Assembly: GCA_001949185.1 (NCBI GenBank)
Contig: BDGG01000001.1
Location: forward strand, 4,143,624 to 4,207,623
Reading direction: 5' to 3'
Source of the DNA: Ramazzottius varieornatus
Lineage: Eukaryota; Animalia; Tardigrada
Length of the DNA stretch: 64,000 bases
Part shown: positions 1 to 14,157 of the stretch, in pieces
Layout of the letters: each line of letters begins with the position of its first letter
How positions within the stretch are numbered: the first letter of the stretch is position 1
Notes under the pieces: generated by a model
Databases searched by the model: none
Seen by the model: only the letters and a program-made list of their open reading frames with translations
Told to the model about the DNA's origin: nothing
Made by a program: the position numbers and the translations under genes

Positions 1-445
1 CACACCGCAAAATGAACAAGTGGTCAACAAGTCGAATAGGAAACATATGATTACGCTGAAAGATAATTTGTCTTTAGGTGTGAAGCGACCAGGAAAGAGC
101 ATGGTGATCAAAGGGGAAGAACTACAGTCATCTCCCGAAATCGCTCCGCGTCGTACAACTCGGCTCACTGCGGTCCAGCAGGCACCGGCGGTGGAAGAAG
201 AGGACAGCTTCGGAGAAGGGGATGATACGTTGGTCGATCTTCAGAACGGCAGTCGGCCTAGGCGAAGTACGGGAGCGAGGAACGGGGACAAGACGATGTC
301 GCGTGGTGTCAGCACACCCATCAAGTCGAAGAACGGCAATATGGCGGACCTAACTTTCGGCGCGGACCTTAGCGTGATCGATCCAAGCGAGGTCAGCCAG
401 AGAGTGATCAGAAGTGCCGCAAAGACGAAGAAAGGAAAGAAATAA
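1..445 (+). CDS. 3' end of an unidentified gene entering from the left edge (disordered, basic tail ending KTKKGKK)
   Basis: Open frame to TAA at 443-445, followed by AT-rich UTR-like sequence; no recognisable domain. Confidence 0.5.
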   Translation, partial: TPQNEQVVNKSNRKHMITLKDNLSLGVKRPGKSMVIKGEELQSSPEIAPRRTTRLTAVQQAPAVEEEDSFGEGDDTLVDLQNGSRPRRSTGARNGDKTMSRGVSTPIKSKNGNMADLTFGADLSVIDPSEVSQRVIRSAAKTKKGKK

Positions 446-1064
446 GGATGTGGTCGCTTTGTTGAAGTGCGTTTTAGGTCTTACATAATTATTAATTCCG
501 TATTTTTTTGGGTTACACTACCGTTTATTTCTGCAATGAATGCTCGTAAGCACGTAGCATGTACAGGAGCCTTTTCAGTTGAATATCTGCTAACACAAGA
601 AATTCTCAGGTCTGCGTTCTGTTATTTCTGCAGAAGTTGGGTACTCTGTCGTTAAAACATCAGCTGCTGAGAAAAAGAATAATTTGATAAAAACTGCGAT
701 GCACTTAGTTCCACTAGGAAAACAGAATCGTAGAGGAATCAGACGGTCGAAACAGACGAACTGGGATACGACTCGACGGCACATAACTCGTGACTACGCT
801 ATCTATCCAGCTAACAAAATACTAGAATGTTTAGATTTCAGAGTTTGTGGAGATTTGGCTAAAATTAATTTCACGCTAACACTGGAGAAGGTAAGTGCGG
901 GTAAGCAACGGCTATGATGCTATGAACCGTAATCACAGAATTTGGTAAACAGAAACAGAGTAAAAAGAAGCAAGCCAAACAACGGGAATGCGAGAGAGCA
1001 GAAGTCAGGTTGTCAAACAGAAACGATGTCCCCTACACCTAACCTACGTACGGAAAGGAGAGCT

Positions 1065-1754
1065 TTAGGTGATAACGACATCGGGAGCCGAGATGATGCT
1101 GCCCTGGTCAGCATCCACGTACAGAGTCTCCTCTCCACCGACAGGGATCAGCGCTTCTTCCAGCATCAGCATGCGATACTGGCGCGAGTACCAGAAAATG
1201 ACGAATGCCCATTTCCAAGTCATGAATGCCCACACGGATGCCACGAAGTAGGAAGCCCTCAGGTTCTTTAGATCTGGAACACAAGCATAATTATTGATCA
1301 AGTAGCGTCGTCCTCTTATACCGTAACCAAAACTGGAATCATCCGTACCGTCATGGAAAACAATTCCCAACACGATGTACACTACGAAGGCAGAGAATCC
1401 AATAAGTTGTCCTATCAATCCAGCATAGACGGCGGTCCTCAGTCTCGTAGCATGCGGTCGTAGTCGTCCTTGCTTGTAGAAGACGTGAAGGAGAAGAGCT
1501 CCCAGTGCCCATATAGCTACGACAAAGAAATAACACAGGTAGAATGACAGCACGTCCAACAACACTTTTGCAGTACTTTTGTATTGGTTCCGTCGGTATT
1601 GCTTACCTGAGAAAAATCCCCAGAAGACGACGTGGACGTTAGCCACACGGAGAAAGTATAGTCCAACAGTGAGACCAGCGCTCAGACCCAAAGCAGCAGC
1701 TCCAATCCGCAATCGCAGGGACCATGTACCAGGAGCCACGATTATCTTCACCAT
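1065..1754 (-). CDS. SLC48A1: Heme transporter HRG1 (SLC48A1 family), 3 exons
   Basis: Four hydrophobic segments; C-terminal YFVASVWAFMTWKWAFVIFWYSRQYR matches the HRG-1 family motif; GT-AG introns at 1606-1517 and 1348-1274. Confidence 0.85.
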   Translation of the reverse strand: MVKIIVAPGTWSLRLRIGAAALGLSAGLTVGLYFLRVANVHVVFWGFFSGKQYRRNQYKSTAKVLLDVLSFYLCYFFVVAIWALGALLLHVFYKQGRLRPHATRLRTAVYAGLIGQLIGFSAFVVYIVLGIVFHDGTDDSSFGYGIRGRRYLINNYACVPDLKNLRASYFVASVWAFMTWKWAFVIFWYSRQYRMLMLEEALIPVGGEETLYVDADQGSIISAPDVVIT

Positions 1755-2062
1755 CTTGTAGCTTTCAAAGATCCCAAAGCAACCCGACAGTGCGGCAAGG
1801 GCTGTTTCCGGAGGAAAGGAAGTGACGGACAGACGACTCTCTGGTAGAACGGAAAAGGATGGTGGTTCGGAAAGATCAGCTGGTTTGAGTAAACAAAGGC
1901 TCTTGTAATGGTATGCCATGTTATGTCATGTCATGTCATGCAACCTTGTTCCATCGACATTCGACAGGTAATAATTATTATTTTATTTTATTTTGTTTTC
2001 TTTGCGCCTCTTTGCCTCTTTGGCTTTGCGCCATTCTGGTATCTGGTTTTGACGTCTGCACC

Positions 2063-3491
2063 ATGGCAGTTTCGGCTTCTCCTCAGCCACTAGATTTCCG
2101 GATACCGGTTGTGACATACCGAAGGAAGGCTCGATGGTACTACGGTGGCTTAGCAAGTACCATGGCAGTCTGCTTCACTCATCCGCTTGATCTTCTCAAG
2201 GTACATCTCACCGCCTTACCGTTTCCGGTCGTATGTGGCACTAACACTGGCTTGGTTGCAGGTATATCTTCAGACGCATGATGGAGGAAGGCTGAAAATC
2301 ATCCCGATTGCTGTAAAAATTGTGCGAACGGAAGGAGTTGCCGCGTTGTACAGCGGCATCAGCGCTTCGCTTCTGCGACAGGTACAAGTCTTTTCCATCT
2401 CACCATCGGACCCTGATCCACATGCGCATTTTGAAACGCTTGACGTGAAGGTTTCGTAAGATATACTGACGTCTTGCGCCAATTACGTGGGTAACGTTAT
2501 TAATTGTTAGTTTATCATTCTTCTCCCATCTTCTAGCTTACACAAACTACTGCCAGGTTTGGCATGTACGAAATGCTCAAGACCGACGGTACAAAGCAAA
2601 GACCGTTTTCTCAAAAGCTTCTTGCGGCATCCGCGAGCGGCGCGTTTGGTGGATTCGTAGGAGCACCGGCAGATCTGATAAACGTTAGGATGCAGAACGA
2701 TGTCAAACTACCTCTCGCGGAACGACGCAATTACAACCACGCGATAGACGGGCTAATCAGGGTGTGTCGAGAAGAAGGTATATTAAGGTTGTGGAGAGGT
2801 TCTTCGATGGTGATTTCACGGTCTGTCTTGCTCACAATGGGTCAGTTGTCCCTGTACGATCAAGTGAAACAGATCCTCATAAAGTTTGGATTTCCGGACA
2901 GTGTTACAACGCATTTGCTTGGGAGCTCAGTCGCGGTAAGTTAGGTAAAAATGTACTTTTAATAGGTTCCATCCTGGAGGTTTGATGTTGCGATCAACTG
3001 CCTTCCATTTTGCAGGCATGCTCGAGTGCCGCAATAACCGCGCCCTTCGACGTAGTGAAGACTCGAATGCAGAATACGGAACCCGGGAAATATAAAGTAT
3101 GGATAAGATAGTCTGCTGGATTCATGTTACGGTAACGAACTTTAAATTGTTTTCAGAATATTAGACATTGTATTCGAGAAACAGCAAAACTGGGACCTTT
3201 AGCCTTCTTCAAGGTGATTTTGATTTTCTCCCTTGGCTTTTTTGTTATGTTTTCACGTAGCGCATACTGTACATTAATTAACCGACGATTCGATCGTAGG
3301 GTTTCCTTCCGTCGCTGCTGCGGGTCGGTCCACAGACCATCCTTATGTTCCTTCTGTACGAGCAAATGAGGCTGAGGTTCGGGGTGAAGATCGAAGTCGA
3401 TCCTGATGCCGAACACGAAGCCGAAGAGGTTCCTGTTGGTAAAAACTTTTTCTTAGTTACTCCGAAAAACCAGCGAACTTCCTCGGGGTGA
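2063..3491 (+). CDS. SLC25A10: Mitochondrial dicarboxylate carrier, multi-exon
   Basis: RWYYGGLAS..AVCFTHPLDLLKV, PADLINVRMQND, RRNYNHAIDGL and PFDVVKTRMQN carrier signatures; GT-AG introns join the ORF pieces. Confidence 0.9.
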
Positions 3492-5105
3492 GTAATCTGT
3501 GATCAAACGCGGTAGAGATGCTTTGGTGTTTTGTCTAGTCTGCCTGACTGTTTTGTCCGTTTTGAAATCTCACACTTTTTAACTTATGATAGATTAACAA
3601 AGTCTTATTCCTGGCAAAATTTGGTGTTTCTAGTTCTAATCTCTTTTGGTTTTCAATCTTGAAAAGCTTTTATGGAATCAAAAAGCACAACTCGTATCTA
3701 AAGTCTAACTGACAAAGAAAGAAGAGCACTGATTACAAAGTGGGTAACGCAAACTATTAATATGTTGAAATGGTCCCATTCAGACCACGTCACTCGCCGA
3801 TCAGGACATCAATGCTTTTTGGGATAGCAGAGACTCTTACCTCTCTACAAAAACGCTTTTTTCCGGAGGGAGAAACAGCGAAAAGTTCGCTCCGGTGCAG
3901 CTACGCGGTTGCATCCTCCCTCGTCTCGAGTTGAACTTCGACTTCCTATAGACACTCTTTGTGGCCAAGTATTTTCAAAAGGTAGCAAAAGAGATACTAT
4001 TTTAAGGAAAAATGGTGATAAGGATCAACATCCACTTAGTCGAGAGCGCCATGAATATTACGAGGTGGTAGTTACTTGGTGTACTAAGGACGATTCGTGA
4101 TGTGTGGTGGACCGAAGTCCAGCAAATTTTTATCCAAAGCAGGTTGAATTCTAATAATATCCCAATGATGAACTGGAGTTTGTAAAAGAAAGGAATTACT
4201 ATAAACATTTGAGCGCGTACCAGAATCCATTTCCCCAAGGACCCATGTCGAATACGACTGATTTGCAAATGGGACATAGTACTTCAAGTCATTCGACATA
4301 TATTCCTCCACATATTGTTGGACCAGTTAGACAAAATTCCAGAAAATTTCAACACGAGACAGTATAAGTGAGATCCCATTTCAATCCCATTCTCATGACG
4401 ACCCCACCATCAGAGTACCTACGCCTAGTTTTCGCATAAATATGGCTCAACCCTATTTATCGTTTTTATCTCGAATAGTAGCTACGCGTTTCATAGCTCC
4501 AATTAAACCTCTCACGAACAGACTGAAAGAATTCAGCAACCAGCGAGAAACCGAATGGGAAAGGCGGAATTTTGAGCGCTGATCGAGACCGTCTTTCTGT
4601 CAACAGGGAACTCATCATGACTGTTGGGAAATGGCGGTGAAGCTGAATAAACAATGTTGAGGTGGGTAAACCGTCGTGAAAACCCCATTTTTCGAAACTA
4701 AAATCAAGAACCTGATGACGAACCAGTGAATGGCAACTGACTTTACCTATTTCAGCAAACATTCTACCTGACCTCGTTCGCGACCTTCGGCCTGCTCTGG
4801 ACTGGATGTTAGTAGAACGGAGCACCATACTTGAAATAGTTTGACATTTCGAAATCTGGCGGAACTTCAGGGATCACCATGTAAGTGCGAAATGACGACA
4901 CCCGACACAGCGTAGCAACGTAAGCTTGTCTGGTTCTTCGTTGGTTTTGAATTTAATTAGAGTACCTTTAACTTGCTGTTATACTTTCCCGAAAATTCAC
5001 AAGCCATAAGTCTGTCACTGTACGTTTATAATATGAATATATCTGCTTTATATTCAGTGAAAAATTCATGAAGCTGGTTGGTGCTCTGAATTACACCGTG
5101 TGGTG

Positions 5106-8100
5106 ATGGATTTTGGTTCGGACGAGCCAAATGGAGACGCTTACCATCGAGTTGCCAATCGGTCGTCGACTAAAACAAGCTCAGGATGCTCGTACGGCGA
5201 GAGCAAGAAATCGTGGAATTTTGCGAAGTATCTGTTCGGCTTCGGCCACAAATCTTCCGGCTTCCGGAGAAAGTATGACAAGGATTTGTCCGCTACCCGC
5301 TCGGCCCCAGCCATCGACCTATCAGGCATCCGGACTGCATCTTTCGAAGGGCAGACCACGTCGCGGACGACGGACTCGTTGGGAACCACTGTGAATGGCC
5401 GTAACGGTAGGTGCGTAAGTTACATTACCAGTTGCAAACATTGTTAAATCCTTTATGGATACAACAGTCGTATTCACTAGATGGGTTCCCTTTATAACCG
5501 GAAATCCATAACAGTCTCGTTTATGATGTTTTCTCTTCTGACCAGGCCGGTCGCTCGTGGGAGATCGGAGCTCGGACCATCTAACCCAGAGCACATCTGG
5601 TACGATCGCACACCCATGCTTACTTCTTTCGGGTATCCCTCACGCTTGTACAGCAAGAAATATTCTTATCACACATGTATTTATTCGGTGGCATATTTGG
5701 TTTTACAGGGAACAACAGTTTGAAGCAAAAGATGAGAGAACTGGCGGCACGTCAATATCAGGTTGAAGGTTATAATCCGGAGAAGTAACTTTTCTTCCTG
5801 GCCCTTCGATTTACATTGGTCATTCCTTAAATTTCCTCGTATTGACGAAGATTTCGTTCTTACAGCTGAAATGCTGTTGAATTCCATGTCGGAAAAGAGG
5901 CCTACGAGACTTGCCAGTCAAACTTCGCGGTTCTCTGCGTCCCTCAGTACACTTAGAAGCGACCGGCAAAAGTGTCGTCATCCGAAGGTCTCTCCACCCG
6001 TGGCCAAACATGAGCGAAAGAAGGTCCTCCGGCAAATCCTCCACAACGCGGAAGTGTACATGGATGGAGTGAAGAGATGCGACGAGATACTGCGGTCCCT
6101 CCCCCCTCTAACGACGGAGCGACAAGAGTACGTCGAGAAATGGCTAACAGAGTCGAGTTCTACGGAATTCGACGGCACGGGAACTCCGACCATGTCACCG
6201 TCAGGTGCTTCGACAGCGGTTGAAGAACGCTCAACTCAGCGATCAGGACCTTCGAGGAAACTCTTAAATTTGCCAGCCAAGTCCAGCTCGACGTTGACGG
6301 ATCGGTCGCGTACAGGCTCCGCGATCTCGAAGAACCCGAGTCTAGGTAGATGTCTATTACTTTTCAGTTATTGCTCGACGCTCGGTTCATAATTGCAAGT
6401 CGGCGGACAAAGTTGACCAGCTCGCTTTTTTCAAGTGGCGCATGTTTTCAGTGATATTTACCAAGAGCGCGCGCCATTCTAGAAAACGATCTAGTCGAGT
6501 TTGTTTGCGGAGCTCCCGTTTGATTTATTTTCGCGCATTCTTATTGATGTTTATGTTTGATGTGTTCTCTGTATTATGGTTGTTCTTTTCGCAGTTTCCA
6601 AATCGAGAGATGCTGGAAAGTCCGCTGACAGGATTTCGACCATATCAGAGGAAATTCAGACAGTCGAAAGTAGACACTCCTCCGTGGCCACGGCGGTTCA
6701 GGTGTCTGTCGGGCACTGTCCCGTACATTCGTGTACCTGCAACGCTGAGGGTGTCACACTCCAGACGAAGTATCTTGCCTGTCCTTCACACCCAGCTCCC
6801 GAGAAGCCGAAGAGACTGCATCCTTGCACTTCGGTGTCCAACACAACCGACCACGCAGTGGAAGTAGCCACACCATCGGAAACTCAACCGGAAACCATAA
6901 GTGCGGAAGCCACACCGGCCAGTAGCGAAGACTCTGTGGATGGTCCGCAGCCATCTAAGTCGCAGGTCGAAACAAAGTCATTGTCAGATGAACCAGCCGA
7001 GCCAGCACAACCTGGCGTTCATCATGACCAACTGGAGGACTTGACAGAACTGGCAGAGCTTACGGATAGTGAACCGGAAGTTCGGATCACCGACGGAAAC
7101 ATTGACGTTCTAGCCCAGTTTTCAGAAGAGACTTTCGACGAGAAGCCAGTCGATGTTGATCAGGAGAAAGAAGGTGATGCAGACGAGCCGGTGATGGATG
7201 ACCGCAAGGCTCCTCCAGCGTTCGATCGTACCGTTAAACTAGGACGACGACATCGCTTCAGCTTCCGGCTTCCGATGAAGAACCGTTTACACCGGAATTT
7301 AACGTCATATATATCGTGGCAGAAACCTGGACCGATGCCTAATGCCCTTCCGCAGCTACCACCTGGTGCCTTGAACCATCTTCCTGCAGCAGTGACTACC
7401 CAGTCGGATAACTCGCTGAAGGAAATGGTCACCCAGAACAAAGAGCTGGTCACGAGTATTTCCAACATCTTTGCGGCTCTACAGACCCATGTCCAGCGGT
7501 CAGATGAAGATCGGCGAATGCTCATCGATATTCTAAACATTAGTGAATCCAAGAATTTTCCCGCTACAGTTTCTGCTCCGCTTAGACAAGAAGTGGTTAC
7601 TGATGCTGCTCAAACAACCTCTTTAATTAGCCTGTCGTCGAGAGACCATACGACAATCCAAAGCACGAAGACCTCTGCTGGGCCGAAAGTTAAACCATCC
7701 GAAAGCACTCAAGGTATTTCATTTCTAAATAGCATTGCATCTTCGAAAGTACAGCATGGCCAAAAGCGAGACCGATGAAGAAGTTGAAAGTACAAACGTC
7801 TTCATTGATATGATTGATGCAAACAAAGTGTTCAGAATTTTTCTCTCAAGTGGTGGAGGTTTTCATTCTTTTTGGACGGAAGCCTGCGCCACTTGAAATA
7901 GCGATCTTGTGCGTTTCGTTTTATCGGCCTTCCATATGTTTGTACTTTAACAGAACTTTTGCTTTGGATAATAGGACGAAAGAAAGAGCCGAGGAGCCCT
8001 CCGGATTTTTCCTCGGTGACCAAGTGCTCATCTTCCAAGTCATCGGTCCTGTCCAGCAGAGGTACGCCAAATCGAATGGCGCCACCTGCCCCTGTGCTCT

Positions 8101-11100
8101 GCACATCCGGCATCAAGTCCCAACTGGAAAGGAAGACATCCAGCCAGGGGATAGATGTGGATAACGTCGAGTCTAGCGATAACTCTGCCGTGTACGGAAC
8201 ACCACGTCATAGCGTGACAGACAGCCTCTACAGCGGAAGTAAGGAGGGGAGTGCGAATCGGCTGCACAGCAAGCGGTCGACGAGCTCTCAACCTGCAGAA
8301 AAAGCCGAAGCCAGTCCTCCGAGTACTCTTACCAACTCGGTGAAGACCATCCCTGTCATGGACAGTCCCGAAAAGGTTGCTTCTGCCGAGAAACACTCTA
8401 ACAGAAAGAAGACATCAGGCACGAAAAGTTCGAGCAAGACAGATAAATCGGGCAAACCAAAGAACCATAAAGCTAGTCTAGGTGAAAGCTCGGCAGTTGA
8501 GCAGCATATTGACACCGAACTTCCCAATGAAACAGAAAGAGAAACAGTTCCTCAGGTTTCTCAAGACCTGGTTTCGGCTTCAGACCATCACTCGCATGGA
8601 ATGGTCCCGACAGAAAGTGCTCGAACCTTCTACATATCGTCGAGTAGTTCGGGAAGAAACACAGACAAAATGCCGACCATTGAACAAGGACGCACGACCG
8701 AACATTTCTCGCAAAGCGAACAGCCACGGAACTTCCCTGTTGTTACGGCATCAACCGAACAGGCTTGTCAGACCTCCGACAACGCAGGATCAAAAGCAGC
8801 CGACGAAGGATCGGCACCTCCGAGCGTGCAAACCGCGTCCGAATCTGACCAGACGTTGTCGTCCGCACCGAGGCGCAAGTTACCACCGTTAGGCGTGGCT
8901 TCTCGAGACCACATCGAGACCAGAGATAGAGGAGACACGTTCCACATTAACATTTCGGATAGCACGATGGTGGACAGCGAGACCGGCATGACGTTTCACC
9001 CTATGCAGTCCAACGGAAGTGCCAGCGAGATTGAAGAACGCCAGCAACATGATGCACCGGTGGGAAATTCTACATCGGTTTCGAGCGAGGAACCCTCAAA
9101 ACTTCACGTAAGTAACTGCTAGAGAGACCGACCTGTTAACCTGAAGATTTTCCTGGACGTTTACTGACTTCGTAGGTTCATTGCGATGCGCAGAGAATGT
9201 CAGAAAACGAGCTCCAAGACAAGCTTCACGACCTGCAGTTGGAAGATGGTACCGTAGCTCCCGTCATCGAACTACTAGAGTACGCATTCTACCTCCTGGG
9301 TCTTCGTGGCTCCCAACCCGAAGAGGACCTCTTCCTTCCGTCCTGTCACATCGAAGACTCGGCCATCCTGTGGAATGCCTGGAAGTCTCGGGTCTTCACA
9401 TTACCTGGCCAAGTCTCATCTCTGCAGTCCCTCGACAGCAGCAAGACCGTCGACAAGTACGCTTTCCACACCATCGACCGGCTGTTCCACTTCTTACACA
9501 GTTACTGTCTGGTTCCGGCCTGGAGCTTCACGAACGTGAATCGGGTAGCGCACGAAGCAACCGGCGACCTCAAGACTCTTCACGAGCTGTTCCATTCAGG
9601 GACTATCGAGATCCCGGCTGACAGGCCAAAGTTCTTCTCGGACGATGTCATGAATAACCGCAGAGTCTTACGGTTGTTTTTGATGAACTCTTTCCGGTTC
9701 GATGTCGATGGAAGAATGGAAGCGATTCAGAAACAGAAGTGCTTGTTCTACATTCACATGTTCAAGAATGACATCATCGTTGATCCCAGCAAGGACCAGA
9801 TCGCTGAGTACCGAGAGCTCTTAGGAGCTTACCAGCTTGAAGAGTTTTCTGTGTTCGAAAAGAAGGACAACATCCTCATCGAAATTATTGGTACGTGCAT
9901 GTATCGCGAAATTAATTCCAAAATAGGTGTATATTTTCATCATTTGTTTTCGAGTTTTTCCGTCTGAAAGTTCTTTTGGATTTGCTTTATCTAGTGCACA
10001 GTTGGCTTAATTCACACAACATCAGTCACAGCGACTCGTCTCTCGATCCTGAATTCCAGCTGCTTCGAGAGGAGACGAAGCGATGGCTAAATCAGACAAC
10101 GCTCATCAACTTCCGCCGGAAGTTCGGTCCGTTAGGAGCCCTGCGAATGGTGGCGACCAAATACCTCAAAGGCGTCTTGGGCTCCCTTACTCACGAGCAC
10201 CGTACCTTCGTCTCAAACGTCCTGCAGATCGAGCAAGACCCAAGAACCTTAGAGTGGTACCCTTCGGACGACTTCCTCGAGAAGATCGAAGCGACGAGCT
10301 TGGAAGAAGCCGTGAGGACCTCCATAGTCCCCTACAAGTTCGAAACTGTCTTCAAGCTTCCCAACCAGAAAACGCCCATGACGAAGAAGGAAGCCGACAA
10401 GCAAGAGACCTTCGACATTTTGGAAGAAGTGTGCGTGAAAGAGTCCATCTCGAACAAGCTGTTCGAACAACAGGCTCCTGAACTGCCGAAGCCCAACCTG
10501 AAGTCGCTGTCGAGAACGTCCTTGTACAAGAAGCAACTTCAGAATTCCGATATTCGGAAGCATGTCATGGGACGAAGAAGCCAAGAAGACCACGCTTCGG
10601 GTTCTATAGACTCGCATGGAAGAACTGCCCATCAACGGTCTGTGACACAGCTGGGCGGGGATGGTCGACAGCCGACTGTACAAGACAGGATACAGGAGTA
10701 TCTTCAAAGGACTCCGTATGATTACACCATGGATGAATACGCTCGAAGTGAACCTCGCGAACAGCCTGCCGACTTTAGCTACAGGGTATGAAAGAGAGTC
10801 AGTCATCTCCCGTCCGCGACCCAGGCAAACGAACTCGACAAGGCCTTTGCTCCAAGTGGCGCACGCTTTCAGTCAATAACATCGCGAACATGCGCGATTT
10901 GCGAAAACAATCTTGAAGAGTTTGTTTGTCGAGCCCTCACCTGGTTGCTTATGTTGTATGGTAGTTTGTTCCTTGTGTGTGTTAGGAACCGAGACATACG
11001 ACGCATCATCACACACACCACGATAGAGAAGATATCAGTGTAGGAAGTACGGATGAAGGCAGCATTTCCATCAGTTTAGTAGTACCCCGAGTATCGACTC

Positions 11101-11709
11101 GAAATCGGAAAACCTCCTCTACTACCCGAGTATGTTTCGCATATTGTTTATATCAACGCAAAACGAACGTGAAACGAATGCAGTAGCCCACAATGGAATA
11201 CAACCTGGTGATCTGATTTTAGATAAGACCTTCGCATAGAGAACCTCCTGTTCTTCCTACGTTCAGTGCGGAGCATCATCACTCGGATAGAGCAGTGGGT
11301 TCTGCTCGCCTCCGGTTACTGGAAGAGGCCACGAGGTTCCGGCTACCGGTGATGAAGACTGACTTTCTGCCAACACAACTACCGCCACCAGTGTCCCACC
11401 ATAATCCCCAGCCAGTAAGCTTATCCTCAGGCAGACCACAGTACAATGAATCGAGGATCTGAACCCGCGCCTTCCTTGTTACAGGTCGATTCCAGAATAC
11501 CAGTAACTCGAACTCAGTTTTCGCCAAGCGTAACCAAGTTTGTATCCGCGAAGCTCAGCGACCAGTTACCAGCGCATGATCAGGCCGCTGTGCCGCCGCC
11601 GCGACCAGCACAAAGCAACATGTCAAACCGGCAGATTCATATGGGACCTCGCTTCGATTTCTTTCACGGTCTGGAGCGCCATGGAGCAGCTTCGCGGGAA
11701 ATGGAATAG
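5106..11709 (+). CDS. Large uncharacterised multi-exon protein: long Ser/Thr-rich disordered region plus a globular-looking helical region at about 9200-10400
   Basis: Long same-strand ORFs (5763-6392, 6576-7778, 7959-9122, 9197-9967, 9976-10791, 11446-11709) joinable by GT-AG introns (e.g. about 6346-6594, 7714-7974, 9108-9175); start and end approximate. Confidence 0.6.
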
Positions 11710-11945
11710 GATACTATCACTGCTATCTCCCTCTATTCAGAGGACATCTTTTTCAAACTGGATATCTTGATTTATAATTTGTTTCAGTTTAGTTTAGTTG
11801 AAAGATTGGTTCGAAAGAAGGAATAATGTGCTTGTTGGCGCATGCAACATTTTGTAGTAAAATTGATAAGACCGCCCGTAAAGCCAAAGCTATTTTCTCC
11901 GTGGTAAAGTCGTACGAGTACCGGAAGTGATCACAGGGTTCAACC

Positions 11946-13600
11946 TTAAGTCTGTTCTTCGATGGTGCGACCTAAGACAACATAAACACAATCAGCATCG
12001 GCGGTATTGAAGGTACGAGTAGTCGCTCCAAAGCTGTCATCAGATCAAGGCGGGAAACGGCAAAGTAACGTACCATCGATATCTTTCAGACCGAATTCTT
12101 TTCCCAAGGCAGCAGTCGTCAGAACTTTTCCTGTCTTTTCCATTAAGCCCTTATCTATTAATAGAAGTAAGAAAAAAATAACTTACTAAGGCGTGATGTT
12201 TGCAACAGGCTTCTACCTGCTACCTTGCATCAATGCAACAATGCATTTGCCAGAGAACTCCGGGGACTCGCCATTGCCAAATGCCTCAAAGATGTGGGCG
12301 TTTGCACCGATTTTTGCTGTTTCTCCGGTTGGCGCTTCGACTTTGCCGGACTTGCGCGCCTCCGCTCCTTGCATGATAAGCTCCGTCTTGACGGCACCAG
12401 GCCACAGGCTAACGAAAGCTACGTTGTGGGACTTCAATTCAAGCCCACAGTCCGCCGCCATTCGGTCACACTGACAAAACCAACCACTTTGAAGCATCAA
12501 CCACCAAAATATGAATGCCACTAACTATATGCTTACTGCAACTTTTCCGATACCGTAAGCCGGGGTGAAAAGGTAGACTTTTCCGCCTAGCGATGAAACG
12601 TTAACGATCAGCCCCGACTTCTTCTTGGTCATAATCTGGGCAGCTTTGGCTGAACAGATATAATGGTTCCTTGAACAGAAACGAAGATACAAGTTCCGTA
12701 GTTGGTAAAGTGAGTACTTGCACTGTTGCACATGGGAGAAAAGTTTCCATCGACCTGAAGTAATAATCTAATAACCGTCTGCTGCATGTGATAATCGTAC
12801 CTAAGTCCGACGTTGTTAACTTCATCCCACATGGTTTCCGGTATCTCCCAGAAAGGCTTCCCGAAGCCTGTCACTAATGCGTTGACTGCCGAATATGCGT
12901 TGTTCACAAGCAGATCGAGCCTTCCCTCGTCACTGGCAATCATCTCGAAGACTCGGGCAATGTCTTCATCCTTGCTGTGGTCGCATTGGACTGGAACAGC
13001 TTTGCCTCCACGAGCATTGATCTGTAATATCTCACATACGCTAATCGACAGCAAACCATAGTCAGTTTCAGCCATTAGTCCAATGAGCTAGCACACCGGA
13101 AGTACCTCCTCAGCCGTGGCGCGTAGACTTCCGGGTCTCCGTGGGGCATCAGTAGGGTCCAGAGTGCGCCCTGTAGAACGTGATACGCCATCAATAATAC
13201 CCGAAAAGTCGGCTACACATATCGTATCTGAACGTTATGCCATTCTATATGCGGTACGCGTGAATGCCTATGATCCCAGAAACAGCTGACGACTGACGAT
13301 CGAGGTAAACAACTAGTGTGCCAGTCATCCACATACCGGTAATATAAACGGTGCATCCGGCTTCTCCCTGCAAGCAAACACATGAGTATTACGGTCAAAC
13401 GCCTTTCATCCGTTTTCTGAACCGTTTTTCAATTCTAAATAAGACATCTTGGCAAGTATGAACCTGGAACAAAGGAGAGCTGTATATGTAGGAGCATACG
13501 AACGGCTTACCAGCTGCAGCGCGATGCCTTTTCCCAGTCCACGGCTTGCACCGGTCACGAGGACTACCTTGTTACTTAAGGGTCTTGTAGGGCTGGTCAT
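11946..13600 (-). CDS. DHRS1: Short-chain dehydrogenase/reductase, DHRS1-like
   Basis: VLVTGASRGLGKGIALQL, GRLDLLVNNAY, KPFWE..WDEVNNVGLR, YGIGK catalytic motif, VSLWPGAVKTE; last exon inferred. Confidence 0.88.
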
Positions 13601-14157
13601 GGCCGTTCTGCTGGGAGGAAGAAGCAACGAGATAAACCGAAGGTGCGAGGGGAATAGGATAGACGATTGGAAGAATCGTACGGCGAAATAATTTCTATAA
13701 ATACTGTTCGAGGAATAACTCGAATTAACTCCTCCCACTTCGAGACTACGAATGCATTACGAAGCACTTTTATGAACACAGTTCGAAGTCCAGCCAGTCC
13801 AGGCACCCCGTCTCAGTTCGCAGTTACTGGTTTCTCCTACGGTTTCATGATACTGTAGAGGTTATCACGAAGTCCAACGCGAACACGCAGCGAAAAACGA
13901 TATGAAACTCGTCCCAACCATACCACAAAGTCACAAACAAAAGGTTCTACGCAAATTTTGGTATAGTAATTTGAAGTGATCATTTCAACCATTCACATCA
14001 CGGTGCATATAAGCGTTTCCAAAAAACCTCAAGTTTCGACCGCCGATATCACCAAATGTTACAGTTACGATAAAACATGAAAACACCACCTATGAAAACT
14101 AGAACAATTTCGTAAAATGCACACGTGAAACATAATTGTCGAGCCGCCATATAAACG

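Noticed and set aside
3700-4830. Possible small gene or TE fragment between SLC25A10 and the large gene
   Set aside because: Only short ORFs, with no consistent splice model, motif or terminal repeats
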